From Clostridia bacterium (GTDB taxonomy: Bacteria; Bacillota; Clostridia; Christensenellales; JBMNLC01): a stretch of 64,000 bases of DNA. The stretch lies in assembly GCA_050952525.1 (NCBI GenBank), contig JBMNLC010000002.1:128831-192830 (forward strand), read 5' to 3'. A model generated the notes under the pieces. That model was given only the letters and a program-made list of their open reading frames with translations. It had not been told where the DNA came from and did not search any database. The translations under genes and the position numbers were made by a program. Below, one piece after another: positions 27,189-36,937 of this stretch (position 1 is the first letter of the stretch; each line of letters starts with the position of its first letter).

Positions 27189-29228
27189 ATGACGGCCAAG
27201 GAAAAAGGTTTATGGTTTTTTCACAGGCTTCTGGCCATGTCTCCATTGGAGATGATATATAGGCTGTATAAGGAAGGGTTAGCCGTCCTGGAAAGAAAAC
27301 GTACATTGGCTGTCAGCCGTTATGTGACTGACAGCCGATATGCACCGGATACTCCCATCCCTCTTCAGAAAAAAAACTTCTACTTTGATTTGGATACTTT
27401 CCGTGAAACATACAGGGCTGAATACCCTGAAGCATATACAGAGCTTCTAAGGACAGCCCGTCGAATCCTGGAAGGCCAGCGGGAAGAGATGGGAGAGCAT
27501 TCCGGAGCAATCAAGGGAAATAATTGGCCTTTGGTATACAGCCGGAATATTGAATTCAGAAACCGGGATGACATGGGAGATATTCGCCTGGCCTGGGAAG
27601 ATGGCAGGCATTATCAGCTTGTGATTTTGGCAAAAGCCTACTATGTAACTGGGGATAAGAAGTATCTGGATGGCTTGAAGGAACGGTTCTATGACTGGAT
27701 TCACAAGAATCCGGTGAATATGGGGATTCATTATATCAGCTCCATGGAGCTTGCTATACGGCTCCAATCCTGGCTTTGGTGCTATTACCTGACGGATGAA
27801 GAAGATACGGGCTTTCAAAGGGATTTGCTGACGGCCATCCGGCACCATTGCCTGCATATCCGCAGAAACCTTTCTCTGTTTTCATCCGCCAATAACCATC
27901 TGATTGTAGAAACGGCCAGCTTGTGCATTGCCTCTATCCTGCTGCCCCAGCTGCTTCAGGACCTTTCCCTCTTCAAAAAGAGTATGGACATATTGAGACG
28001 GGAGGTCATACGACAAACCTTTTCGGATGGGGTGAACAAGGAGCAGGCCTTTCATTATCAGGCCTTTGTCATGGAGTCTTTGTTTCTGTTCATGCTGGCG
28101 GCTAAAAGGAATGGAATCCCTATTCCTCAGGAGATTTATGATGTTCTGGAAAGAATGTGTGAATTTATCCGGAACTGTATGGATCGGGAGGGCCATATAC
28201 CCAATGTAGGGGATTCCGACGACGGCCATGTGCTGAATATCATTGGCAGGGAGTTTAACGGCTATCTGTCCCTTCTGAACTTGGCTGAGGTTTTCTTTGA
28301 CAGAGTGGATTTTGCTGTCCTTCCCAATCATTTTGATGAGCAAGCCCTTTGGCTCCTCGGAGAGGATTACAGAAAGAGCTCCGGTCACATCGCTCTCCTT
28401 CCATCAAGGGTATACAAGGAGGGGGGATATAGTGTACTGCGCTATAACGATGAAGATAGGGAAAGGCTTCTCCTCTTCGATCATGGTCCCTTGAGTCTGG
28501 GTACCTTGGCAGCCCACGGCCACGCAGATGCTTTGAGCATATGCCTCCATGTCGATGGTAAACCGGTATTCATTGATCCCGGCACTTATATCTACAATAT
28601 CCGTAAGGAATGGCGCAACTTTTTTCGCAGGACGGCAAACCACAATACCGTCTGTATAGACGGACGGGATCAATCCCAAATGCTGGGGCCTTTTATCTGG
28701 GGAAGAAAGGCCGTCTGCAAGCTCATAGACTATCGGCTGGATCAGCAGATTGAAACCGTCTGCGGCCAGCATAATGGATATAAGCCGCTTATTCATTGCC
28801 GAAGGGTCACTTTTATCAAGCCCGACATATTTATTGTGGAAGATCGCTTCTTAAAGGCTGTAGGGAACAGGGATTTTGAGCTGACATATCAGATCGCTCC
28901 CGGGTTTTTGATTAGCACCGGGGCCGACGGGATTAGTTTGCGAAGGCAAGACGTATTTCTTTTTCTAGCCTTCTTTCAAGGGCCTCGTCAGATGATAGGA
29001 AGTGTGGAGAAAAGCTGGATATCACCGCAGTTTGGCAGGAAGTTCAGGGGAAATTCCATTAAGTTAAGGGGGAAAGTGCTAGAGGGACTCCCGGTATATA
29101 CCATCATTACCATTGGGAAAAAAGCCAGGAATTTACACGCCCAGGGTGAAGAAATCTCCTTTATCTTTAAGGACACAAAGGTTCATTACAAGGGAAATGG
29201 AGTGGTGGTGGTTGAACAAGAGAATTAG
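27189..29228 (+). CDS. heparinase II/III-like (alginate-lyase-superfamily) protein, copy 2
   Basis: Same motif order as copy 1: AWEDGRHYQLVILAKAYYVTGDKKY, SSMELAIRLQSWL, SSANNHLIVE, AAHGHADALSICL, DPGTYIYN, NHNTVCI. Confidence 0.7.
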   Translation: MTAKEKGLWFFHRLLAMSPLEMIYRLYKEGLAVLERKRTLAVSRYVTDSRYAPDTPIPLQKKNFYFDLDTFRETYRAEYPEAYTELLRTARRILEGQREEMGEHSGAIKGNNWPLVYSRNIEFRNRDDMGDIRLAWEDGRHYQLVILAKAYYVTGDKKYLDGLKERFYDWIHKNPVNMGIHYISSMELAIRLQSWLWCYYLTDEEDTGFQRDLLTAIRHHCLHIRRNLSLFSSANNHLIVETASLCIASILLPQLLQDLSLFKKSMDILRREVIRQTFSDGVNKEQAFHYQAFVMESLFLFMLAAKRNGIPIPQEIYDVLERMCEFIRNCMDREGHIPNVGDSDDGHVLNIIGREFNGYLSLLNLAEVFFDRVDFAVLPNHFDEQALWLLGEDYRKSSGHIALLPSRVYKEGGYSVLRYNDEDRERLLLFDHGPLSLGTLAAHGHADALSICLHVDGKPVFIDPGTYIYNIRKEWRNFFRRTANHNTVCIDGRDQSQMLGPFIWGRKAVCKLIDYRLDQQIETVCGQHNGYKPLIHCRRVTFIKPDIFIVEDRFLKAVGNRDFELTYQIAPGFLISTGADGISLRRQDVFLFLAFFQGPRQMIGSVEKSWISPQFGRKFRGNSIKLRGKVLEGLPVYTIITIGKKARNLHAQGEEISFIFKDTKVHYKGNGVVVVEQEN

Positions 29229-29967
29229 GGTACTCAACTGCTGGATAGATGATTTAAACATGGAAGAAACCCTAAGGGAAATTGAAGATATCATCTCAAA
29301 TAGGAGGCTTGTACAGCATGTTGCTATCAATGCCGGCAAGGTGGTGATGATGCACAAGGATCGGAAACTGATGGATATCATTAATTCCTGTCAGATGGTT
29401 CAGGCGGATGGACAATCCATTGTTTGGGCTTCGAGGATTCTGGGGGAGCCCCTTCAGGAAAGGGTAGCAGGGATCGATTTGATGGAAAAACTGGTCCAGT
29501 TAGCGGACCAAAAAGGATATCGGGTATTTTTCTTTGGAGCAAGAGAAGAAGTGGTGAGCAGGGTTGTCTCCATATATCGGCAGAGATATAAGAATCTCCA
29601 GGTTGCCGGCTACCGGAACGGGTATTTTGAAGACAGGGACAGTCCTGGAATCGTAGCGGAAATTCGTAAAAGCCACCCCGATATCCTTTTTATTGCCTTT
29701 GAATCACCCCGAAAAGAATACTGGGTGAGCCGATATTTATCAGTATTGAATGTACCCTTTTGTATGGGGGTTGGGGGCAGTTTTGATGTCATTGCCGGGG
29801 TTACCCGAAGGGCTCCGAACTGGATACAGAGAATGGGGCTGGAATGGTTTTACAGGTTTATGCAAGAGCCAAGAAGAATGTGGAGGAGATATCTTGTGGG
29901 GAACAGTATTTTTCTATGGCTGCTCGTGAGGGAAAAGATTAGGCTATATAGGAGTCTACAATTTTGA
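29197..29967 (+). CDS. WecG/TagA/CpsF-family glycosyltransferase (ManNAc/ManNAcA-type transferase)
   Basis: MVQADGQSIVWASRILG, RVFFFGA, ILFIAFESPRKEYW, GVGGSFDVIAG, RAPNWIQRMGLEWFYR. Exact start uncertain (ORF opens at 29113). Confidence 0.75.
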   Translation: MEWWWLNKRIRVLNCWIDDLNMEETLREIEDIISNRRLVQHVAINAGKVVMMHKDRKLMDIINSCQMVQADGQSIVWASRILGEPLQERVAGIDLMEKLVQLADQKGYRVFFFGAREEVVSRVVSIYRQRYKNLQVAGYRNGYFEDRDSPGIVAEIRKSHPDILFIAFESPRKEYWVSRYLSVLNVPFCMGVGGSFDVIAGVTRRAPNWIQRMGLEWFYRFMQEPRRMWRRYLVGNSIFLWLLVREKIRLYRSLQF

Positions 29968-30021
29968 TGATGCAACATAGAATAAATGGATATCATTTTA
30001 ATCATATGAGGGAGAAGGAAT

Positions 30022-31278
30022 ATGAAGGAAGTATGTGTCATTGGATTGGGATATATAGGCCTGCCTACGGCAGCTATGCTCGCATCCCACGGAATACAGG
30101 TGAAGGGAGTGGATGTGGTACCGGATATCGTGGACACCATCAATCGAGGCGAAGTCCACATCCAAGAACCCGATTTGAAGGAGCTTGTAAAGAAAGTAGT
30201 ATCGGAGGGGAAGCTGAAGGCCAGCCTCCGGGTGGAAGCCTGCGAAGCCTTTATTATTGCCGTGCCCACCCCTATTACGGACGAAAAAGAGGTGGATCTA
30301 AGCCATGTGAAAGCAGCTGCCCGACAGATCTATCCAGTGCTGAAGAAGGGCAATCTGGTGGTGTTGGAGTCGACGGTGCCGCCCAAAACTACGGAGGAGG
30401 TTCTTGTTCCCATCCTGGAGAAAAGTGGACTTCAGGCAGGAGTTGATTTTTATGTGGCTCACTGTCCGGAAAGGGTTTTGCCCGGCCGCATCCTATATGA
30501 GCTGGAAAACAACAATAAGGTGATTGGCGGGATCAACAGGATCTCAGCGGAAAAGGGGCGGGACCTGTACCGGGTGTTTGTAAAGGGACAGTTGTTTATA
30601 ACGGATGCTTCTACTGCGGAAATGTGTAAGCTAATGGAAAACACCTATCGGGATGTGAATATTGCTCTGGCGAACGAGCTGGCCAGGATATGCGAAGGGA
30701 TTGGCATCAACGCATGGGATGTCATTAAACATGCCAACAAGCATCCACGGGTAGATTTGCATAAACCGGGCCCGGGGGTAGGGGGGCATTGTCTGGCGGT
30801 GGATCCCTGGTTCATTATCAAAGCCCAACCGGGTATATCCCGGATGATTAAGATGGCAAGGCAGATCAACGATTCCATGCCCCGGTACGTCTTTGAAAAG
30901 ATAAAGGGCCTCGTCGCTCCCGGCGAAAAGATTGTGATACTGGGTTATACCTATAAAGCGGATGTCGATGATATCCGGGAGAGTCCTATTGCAGCCTTGG
31001 TGGAGATCTTGAGGGTGGAATCCTTGTATACGGTCGAGATCGTCGATCCCTATAGAAGGGAATTCGATAAGGATATCTATGAAGCGGCAAGGGACAGTTC
31101 CCTGATCCTTCTCGGGGTAAACCACAGGCAGTTTCAGGATATCCGCTTTGACCTCCTGGCCAAGGTTATGAAAAATAAAGTAATCCTGGATACGCGAAAT
31201 GATATCCAAAGGGAGAAGGCAGCGGAATTTGGTTTTCGTTATTATCTCCTGGGCGACGGGAGAGGAGGGTGGCAATGA
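30022..31278 (+). CDS. wecC: UDP-N-acetyl-D-mannosamine dehydrogenase (nucleotide-sugar dehydrogenase)
   Basis: VCVIGLGYIGLPTAAMLA, AVPTP, ESTVPP, KLMENTYRDVNIALANE, GGHCLAVDP. Confidence 0.85.
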   Translation: MKEVCVIGLGYIGLPTAAMLASHGIQVKGVDVVPDIVDTINRGEVHIQEPDLKELVKKVVSEGKLKASLRVEACEAFIIAVPTPITDEKEVDLSHVKAAARQIYPVLKKGNLVVLESTVPPKTTEEVLVPILEKSGLQAGVDFYVAHCPERVLPGRILYELENNNKVIGGINRISAEKGRDLYRVFVKGQLFITDASTAEMCKLMENTYRDVNIALANELARICEGIGINAWDVIKHANKHPRVDLHKPGPGVGGHCLAVDPWFIIKAQPGISRMIKMARQINDSMPRYVFEKIKGLVAPGEKIVILGYTYKADVDDIRESPIAALVEILRVESLYTVEIVDPYRREFDKDIYEAARDSSLILLGVNHRQFQDIRFDLLAKVMKNKVILDTRNDIQREKAAEFGFRYYLLGDGRGGWQ

Positions 31279-32426
31279 AACGGATTAAGGTTATGCCCAT
31301 CTTCGGAACAAGACCAGAGGCTATAAAAATGGCTCCTGTTATTAAAAAGCTCCAGCAGCATCAGGAGCTGGAGGTAGTCGTTACAGTCACTGCTCAGCAC
31401 CGGGAAATGCTGGATCAGGTGATGGCATTGTTTAAGATTCAGCCTGATTATGACTTGGATATTATGAAGAAGGATCAATCATTAAAGGACATCCTGGCAC
31501 GGGTGATGGAGGGAATAAAGGTGATCCTCCATAAGGAGAAGCCAGATATGGTCTTGGTCCATGGAGATACCTCCACTGCCTTTGCCGCTTCCCTGGCGGC
31601 CTTTTATGAGAAGACCGGAATCGGTCATATTGAAGCCGGTCTGCGATCCTTTAACAAATATGCACCTTTTCCCGAGGAAATGAATCGTAAATTGATCGAT
31701 TGTCTGTCAGATATATATTTTGCACCGACTGCATCTTCAATGAGAAATTTGCTTCGGGAAGGAATCAGTCGGGATCGGATTATTATAACGGGCAATACAG
31801 TGATCGACGCCCTGTATGAAATGTTAAGGGAGAATTACCCTTTTAAAGAGGAGCGTCTGAAGGGGATTGATTTTGTCCACCGAAAGGTTATCCTGCTGAC
31901 AGCCCACCGTCGAGAAAATATTGGGGAGCCCATGAGAAATATTTTCCAGGCAGTTAAGGAGATTTTGCAGAAGCATCCGGATGTAGAAATGGTCTTTCCT
32001 ATCCATCGGAACCCTCAGATCAGACAATTGGTCCACGAGATCTTGGGAGGGGTGGAGAGAGTTCATCTTATTGAGCCCTTGGATTATCAGGATTTTGCTA
32101 ACCTCATGCAAAAATGCTACCTGGTGCTGACCGACTCAGGCGGAATCCAGGAGGAAGCTCCTGCTCTGGGAAAACCGGTCCTGCTGCTCCGGGATACTAC
32201 TGAAAGGCCGGATGCGGTAGAAGCAGGTACCGTCATATTAGTGGGGGCGGAAAAGGACAGGATTACCCAGGAAACAGGGCGGCTTATTCGAGAACGGGAG
32301 GCTTACCTTGCCATGTCCAATCGTATCAATCCCTATGGTGATGGCCGTGCTTCTCAAAGGATCGTACAGGCTATCCTTTATGCTCATGGGCGATCAAGCG
32401 TCCCTGCCGATGAGTTTCTTGGATAA
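31275..32426 (+). CDS. wecB: UDP-N-acetylglucosamine 2-epimerase (non-hydrolysing)
   Basis: IKVMPIFGTRPEAIKMAPV, VLVHGDTSTAFA, HIEAGLRS, FPEEMNR, LTAHRREN, VLTDSGGIQEEAP. SD GAGGAGGG before ATG 31275. Confidence 0.9.
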   Translation: MKRIKVMPIFGTRPEAIKMAPVIKKLQQHQELEVVVTVTAQHREMLDQVMALFKIQPDYDLDIMKKDQSLKDILARVMEGIKVILHKEKPDMVLVHGDTSTAFAASLAAFYEKTGIGHIEAGLRSFNKYAPFPEEMNRKLIDCLSDIYFAPTASSMRNLLREGISRDRIIITGNTVIDALYEMLRENYPFKEERLKGIDFVHRKVILLTAHRRENIGEPMRNIFQAVKEILQKHPDVEMVFPIHRNPQIRQLVHEILGGVERVHLIEPLDYQDFANLMQKCYLVLTDSGGIQEEAPALGKPVLLLRDTTERPDAVEAGTVILVGAEKDRITQETGRLIREREAYLAMSNRINPYGDGRASQRIVQAILYAHGRSSVPADEFLG

Positions 32427-32454
32427 TGATTGTTCTCCATTTGCAGCAAAAACG

Positions 32455-32491
32455 AAAGCCTCCTCTCTCTCTTCATGAAAGAGGGGCTTTT
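32455..32491. terminator. probable terminator hairpin between convergent genes
   Basis: AAAGCC-t-CCTCT ... AGAGG-GGCTTT stem (11 bp, one bulge) followed by TTTT. The U-tract is short. Confidence 0.45.
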
Positions 32492-32494
32492 GAT

Positions 32495-33478
32495 CTAATT
32501 ATTGTTTATCTGCTTTGCAAGTCCCTGGGCCATTTCAAAAAGCTTATCCATGGATTTTTGCTGTTCATCGCTTAAAAGGGGCTTTAGAGCATTGATGATT
32601 TTTTCCTGCTGTGCCTTGGAAAGGCCTCCATTATGATCCGATTCCCCAGGCGGGGCTATTTCCTCTGTCCCATTGCTTGGATCCTTTTCCGGAAGGATGG
32701 GAATCCGATTTTCTGCATCCTCCGATGCTTTCTGGCTCTCCAGCTGGGCGCTTCCTTCATTGGAATCCATGATCTCAATCACTTTCAAAATTTTAGAGAT
32801 CTTCTCCAGGTTTTTTTGCTGTTGTTCAGGTAGCAGGGGTGTTAGGATATTCAGCATTTCTACCATATGATCCGATGCATTATTCTGTTCTTTACTAAAC
32901 CGCAAAGCCCTTATTCTGTTAGCACTATTTTTCATTTGGTCGGTCATGGAAAGAAACTTTTCCAAGCGTTCCAGCTTTTCTTTCCTTTCAGGTTCAATAT
33001 ATTGCTTCATCGCCCGTATCATCCCAAGCTGGCGCTCGCGAAGGTTTAAGCTGGGCTGGGACGCTACTTCTTGAATCCGGTATGTACGACTTTGTAGTGT
33101 CCTTACAGTATCCAGGGTCTTTAACAGTCCTACCATGGTATGTATGGGAATCTGCTCATTTTCCCTGAGATAGGGGCATATGTCATTCAACATATCGATG
33201 AGTTTCGGATGATTCGCTATGGATTGAACGAAAGATCTGTTGCCCCTGAGGGTTCCGTCGTGCTGCTGGGTTTTTGAATGATGCCCACGATTCTTCATGA
33301 AAACTAAGGTCAGCAGAAGAAGAATATAGTGAGGTAAAACAGTATCGCTTCCTTCTTTGCGTATTTCTACGACAGGCTTTACCGGTTCTTCCAGCTGGAT
33401 GACCGTTTCCTTTTGAGCATCCGGTTTTCTATGTCTCTGGGTATTTCGCGGCAGGCGGTAATAGGGGATTCTCCTCAT
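32495..33478 (-). CDS. hypothetical single-TM protein with repeated xxEQQxK helical motifs
   Basis: 327 aa, one TM (VLPHYILLLLTLVFM). Repeats IEPERKEKLERLEKFL / LLPEQQQKNLEKISKIL / LSKAQQEKIINALKPLL / LLSDEQQKSMDKLFEM. Confidence 0.55.
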   Translation of the reverse strand: MRRIPYYRLPRNTQRHRKPDAQKETVIQLEEPVKPVVEIRKEGSDTVLPHYILLLLTLVFMKNRGHHSKTQQHDGTLRGNRSFVQSIANHPKLIDMLNDICPYLRENEQIPIHTMVGLLKTLDTVRTLQSRTYRIQEVASQPSLNLRERQLGMIRAMKQYIEPERKEKLERLEKFLSMTDQMKNSANRIRALRFSKEQNNASDHMVEMLNILTPLLPEQQQKNLEKISKILKVIEIMDSNEGSAQLESQKASEDAENRIPILPEKDPSNGTEEIAPPGESDHNGGLSKAQQEKIINALKPLLSDEQQKSMDKLFEMAQGLAKQINNN

Positions 33479-33784
33479 TACATTTCCTCCTTTACATGAG
33501 CCATATCCATATCTTCAAAGCTCCAAGGCCTATGGATGGAAAGATAGTGAACGAATCATAGGAATGCTACAATATATAATAATATTTCACATATCATCAT
33601 ATGCGGGAAAAACAGATTTGTGTTCTAAAATTGAAGGATATCTACAGGAAATGGGATGTCCGTATACCCGTAATGATCTGATGGGTCAAATATGAATCAT
33701 TTCATGGTCCATAAGAATAGAATGGAAGCAAGGGGGTTTTCCCGGCAGGGTCCCTCTATATGATATAGAAAGGAGACTGGCTGT

Positions 33785-34084
33785 ATGGATCTGAATGAAC
33801 TGAGAAGGATGATGAGGGAAAAGGGTATAAGGGATATTGACGATATGGATATTTCGGAAGAAAAGAAAAAGGAGCTGCGTCGCTTGGCGGAAGCTGCAAA
33901 GAGCATGGGCATATCCAATGAAAAGGATGCCATGAACATGGTAAAAAGAATGGCTGCAAACAAGGAAGTCAATATATCCGATGAAAAGCTTAATCAGTTC
34001 AAGGAGGCATTGGAACCTATATTGAATCAGCAGCAGAAGAGAAAGTTGGAGTCCATCATGAATTTTTTGAAGGATAAGAAATAA
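33785..34084 (+). CDS. hypothetical small helical protein sharing the xxEQQxK-type repeat
   Basis: 99 aa; ISEEKKKELRRLAEAA, ISDEKLNQFKEALEPIL, ILNQQQKRKLESIMNFL. SD AAAGGAGA before the ATG. Confidence 0.55.
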   Translation: MDLNELRRMMREKGIRDIDDMDISEEKKKELRRLAEAAKSMGISNEKDAMNMVKRMAANKEVNISDEKLNQFKEALEPILNQQQKRKLESIMNFLKDKK

Positions 34085-34144
34085 AACAGGGTCACATACA
34101 AGACTTCCCTCATAAGATATATCATCGATATATCAGGAGGGATC

Positions 34145-35377
34145 ATGATGCTCTTTCGAAATCAATCTATTCGAAAAAAGATTGACCCTGATCTAATCAA
34201 TTCCATGCGGGCAATGGGGAATGAGAAAGCAACCGTTATCCTGTATTCAAGTGATGGGTGTCAGGAAGACTGCCGAAGAACGCTGGAAAGGTTGGAGGGA
34301 AAGATAAAATATGAGTTACCCCTGATCCAGGGATATAGTGTGGAAATCCCCTACAGGAGACTGACCGATCTGGCAGCCCTACATGTTGTCAAGTATATTG
34401 CGGCAGATGCCAAGGTGAAGGCCCAAATGGATATAGCGGCCAAGGAAATAAAAGCGGATGTGGTGAATCGTTCAGGATATACGGGAAAGGGGATGAACAT
34501 TGCCATTATTGACACAGGGATCTTTCCCCATAGCGATTTTCGCTTTCCTGAAAGTCGGATCATTGCCTTCAAGGATTTTGTAAATAAAAAAAAAGAACCG
34601 TATGACGATAACGGCCATGGTACCTTTGTGGCAGGGGTGGCTGCAGGAAGCGGATATTTGTCCCGAGGAAAATATAAGGGTGTCGCTCCGGAAGCCAAAA
34701 TCATAGCGCTGAAATCCTTGGATGAAGAAGGAGGAGGAAGCTCTTCGGATATCCTGGCTGCTATGCAGTGGGTATCAGACCATAGAAAAGAGTATAACAT
34801 CCATGTGCTTTCCTTGTCCCTGGGCAGTGAAGTGAAAAGGATCTCCAGCAACGATGCTCTCGTAAAGGGCGTGGAGGCCTTATGGGATCAGGGCATAACC
34901 GTAGTAGTGGCTGCAGGAAATTCCGGCCCTGGGGCAGGGACCATCACATCACCCGGTATTAGCCAGAAGGCGATTACAGTAGGTGCGGTGGACGATAAAC
35001 GTACGGTGGATATCAGTGACGATGAGATAGCGGATTTCTCCAGCAGGGGGCCTGTGGGAAGACGGATAAAGCCGGATATTGTGGCACCGGGGGTAGACAT
35101 TGTCTCGGTAAAAAACGATCCGGACTATTCAGCAGGGTCTTGGGTGAGGCCCATGGCTATTCCTTATACTACCATGTCAGGTACCTCGGTGGCCACTCCT
35201 TTAGTGGCCGGAGCTGCCCTCTTGCTGCTTCAAAAGAATCCCCAATGGACACCCGATCAGGTAAAGTCAGCCCTTATGAACCACGCGATTAACATGAAGA
35301 AGGACCCAAATGCACAAGGAAAAGGGATCATTGATATTCAGAAATGTCTCATGGAAAATAAAAGTGTGTCGAAATGA
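34145..35377 (+). CDS. subtilisin-family (S8) serine protease with an N-terminal prodomain-like region and no signal peptide
   Basis: Catalytic triad motifs AIIDTGI (Asp), HGTFVAG (His), SGTSVATP (Ser), plus AAGNSGPG. The N-terminus MMLFRNQSIRKKIDPD is not hydrophobic. Confidence 0.85.
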   Translation: MMLFRNQSIRKKIDPDLINSMRAMGNEKATVILYSSDGCQEDCRRTLERLEGKIKYELPLIQGYSVEIPYRRLTDLAALHVVKYIAADAKVKAQMDIAAKEIKADVVNRSGYTGKGMNIAIIDTGIFPHSDFRFPESRIIAFKDFVNKKKEPYDDNGHGTFVAGVAAGSGYLSRGKYKGVAPEAKIIALKSLDEEGGGSSSDILAAMQWVSDHRKEYNIHVLSLSLGSEVKRISSNDALVKGVEALWDQGITVVVAAGNSGPGAGTITSPGISQKAITVGAVDDKRTVDISDDEIADFSSRGPVGRRIKPDIVAPGVDIVSVKNDPDYSAGSWVRPMAIPYTTMSGTSVATPLVAGAALLLLQKNPQWTPDQVKSALMNHAINMKKDPNAQGKGIIDIQKCLMENKSVSK

Positions 35378-35392
35378 CACACTTTCTTTTTT
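35363..35392 (+). terminator. rho-independent terminator overlapping the protease stop codon
   Basis: AGTGTGTC-GAAAT-GACACACT followed by TTCTTTTTT. Confidence 0.7.
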
Positions 35393-35412
35393 CATAGATA
35401 GGGTGAAGGGGC

Positions 35413-36558
35413 CTATTTGTAGTCTTGACTGATTTTCCGGATTGCGATGAGGCATTGCCGGATTTCATCCCTGCTATTGAAAAAACCGGGACTAAGGCGG
35501 ACGGTTCCCTGATCGACGGTGCCTTGTGCCCGATGGACCAGAGGGGCACAGTGCAGACCGGCGCGACAGGCGATCCGGAAGTCCTTGTCCAGAATATCTC
35601 CAACCATACCTGATTGAAGGCTCCTGATGTTGAAGGAAACGACACCGGTACGGGGGAGGTTCAAAGGGGGGCCGTATACCCTGACTCCATCAATTTCGAG
35701 GAGTCCTTCTATCAGTTCTCTTGTCAGCTCCCTTTCCTTTTGCAGGATCTCTTTCTGATGTTTCAATACAAAACGTATTCCTGCACCAAGGCCGGCAATT
35801 CCCGGGGTATTTAATGTTCCGCTTTCGTACCGGTCAGGGATATCCTCCGGCTGGAACCAGCTTTCCGAGTTGCTGCCCGTTCCGCCTTCCCTGAAAGGCT
35901 TCAAAGTTCGCCCCTTCTTTATATACAGAGCACCTGTTCCCTGGGGTCCCAGTAAACCCTTGTGGCCGGCAAAGGCATAAAAATCAATGGGCATAGCCTC
36001 CAAATCCAAGGGAAGGATACCCGCCGATTGAGCGCCATCAACCAGAAACAAGGCCCCATGATTTTCGCATATTTTTCCGATAGCACGGATGGGTTGGACG
36101 GCACCCGTTACGTTGGATACGTGATTGACCACAACCAGTTTCGTGTTCGGACGGAGGGCTTTTTGAATCTGCTTGGCTTCCACCGTTCCATGGGGCCCCA
36201 AGGGCACTACTGTCAGATCAATCTTTCCTTGCCTTTCCAGCTCCTTTAGGGGCCTCAGCACAGAGTTATGCTCAAGAAAAGTGGTGATGACATGGTCTCC
36301 GTCGTCGAGACAGCCTTTAATGGCCATGTTAAGGGCATCGGTACAATTAAAGCAGAATACAAAGCGAAAAGGGTCCGATACATGAAACAAATCACACATG
36401 GCCTGGCGTACATAAAAAAGGATGCGAGCCGCATGGATGGCCATCCAATGACCGGAGCGTCCCGGATTGGCACCATAATCCTTCATCGTTTTCAGCATCG
36501 CATCCATTACCTCTCGAGGTTTCGGCCATGAAGTAGCAGCGTTGTCTAGATAGATCAT
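35413..36558 (-). CDS. cysteine desulfurase-family PLP enzyme (aminotransferase class V)
   Basis: IYLDNAATSWPKP, FAGHKGLLGPQGTG (PLP Lys), RAGLHCAPL (active-site Cys). ATG at 36558 is preceded by GGAGG; the ORF opens at 36582. Confidence 0.85.
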   Translation of the reverse strand: MIYLDNAATSWPKPREVMDAMLKTMKDYGANPGRSGHWMAIHAARILFYVRQAMCDLFHVSDPFRFVFCFNCTDALNMAIKGCLDDGDHVITTFLEHNSVLRPLKELERQGKIDLTVVPLGPHGTVEAKQIQKALRPNTKLVVVNHVSNVTGAVQPIRAIGKICENHGALFLVDGAQSAGILPLDLEAMPIDFYAFAGHKGLLGPQGTGALYIKKGRTLKPFREGGTGSNSESWFQPEDIPDRYESGTLNTPGIAGLGAGIRFVLKHQKEILQKERELTRELIEGLLEIDGVRVYGPPLNLPRTGVVSFNIRSLQSGMVGDILDKDFRIACRAGLHCAPLVHRAQGTVDQGTVRLSPGFFNSRDEIRQCLIAIRKISQDYK

Positions 36559-36661
36559 AAGATACCTCCAATCACCATTCATTCGGGAACATAATATAGT
36601 ATATTAAGGGAATGCTTCGATTGATACTGCTTAGTCGAATTGATTGAGAGGTGATGTGTAT

Positions 36662-36937
36662 ATGGAGCTTTATGAGATCTTTGGAATCGCTGCATTTCGC
36701 TCCCGTCAACAGGTAATAAATTATCATGAGATTCTCAAGAGAATGGGAATCAAGGCGACAATCATATCTACACCAAGGGAACTAAGCATTGGGTGTGGCT
36801 TGTCCGTCAGATTTAATTTGCAGGATATGGACAAGGCGATTCATGAGTATAAATGGTCAAGACCCTCTACGTTAATCGGTTTTTACAAAATTGAGAGAAG
36901 AGGGTCTCATTCCTTTATTTCGCCGATTCGAATCTAA
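36662..36937 (+). CDS. DUF3343-like putative S/Se carrier protein
   Basis: 91 aa. FRSRQQVINYHEILKRMGIKATIISTPRELSIGCGLSVRF fits the small Cys-containing carrier family commonly found next to desulfurases. Divergent from the desulfurase gene. Confidence 0.5.
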   Translation: MELYEIFGIAAFRSRQQVINYHEILKRMGIKATIISTPRELSIGCGLSVRFNLQDMDKAIHEYKWSRPSTLIGFYKIERRGSHSFISPIRI

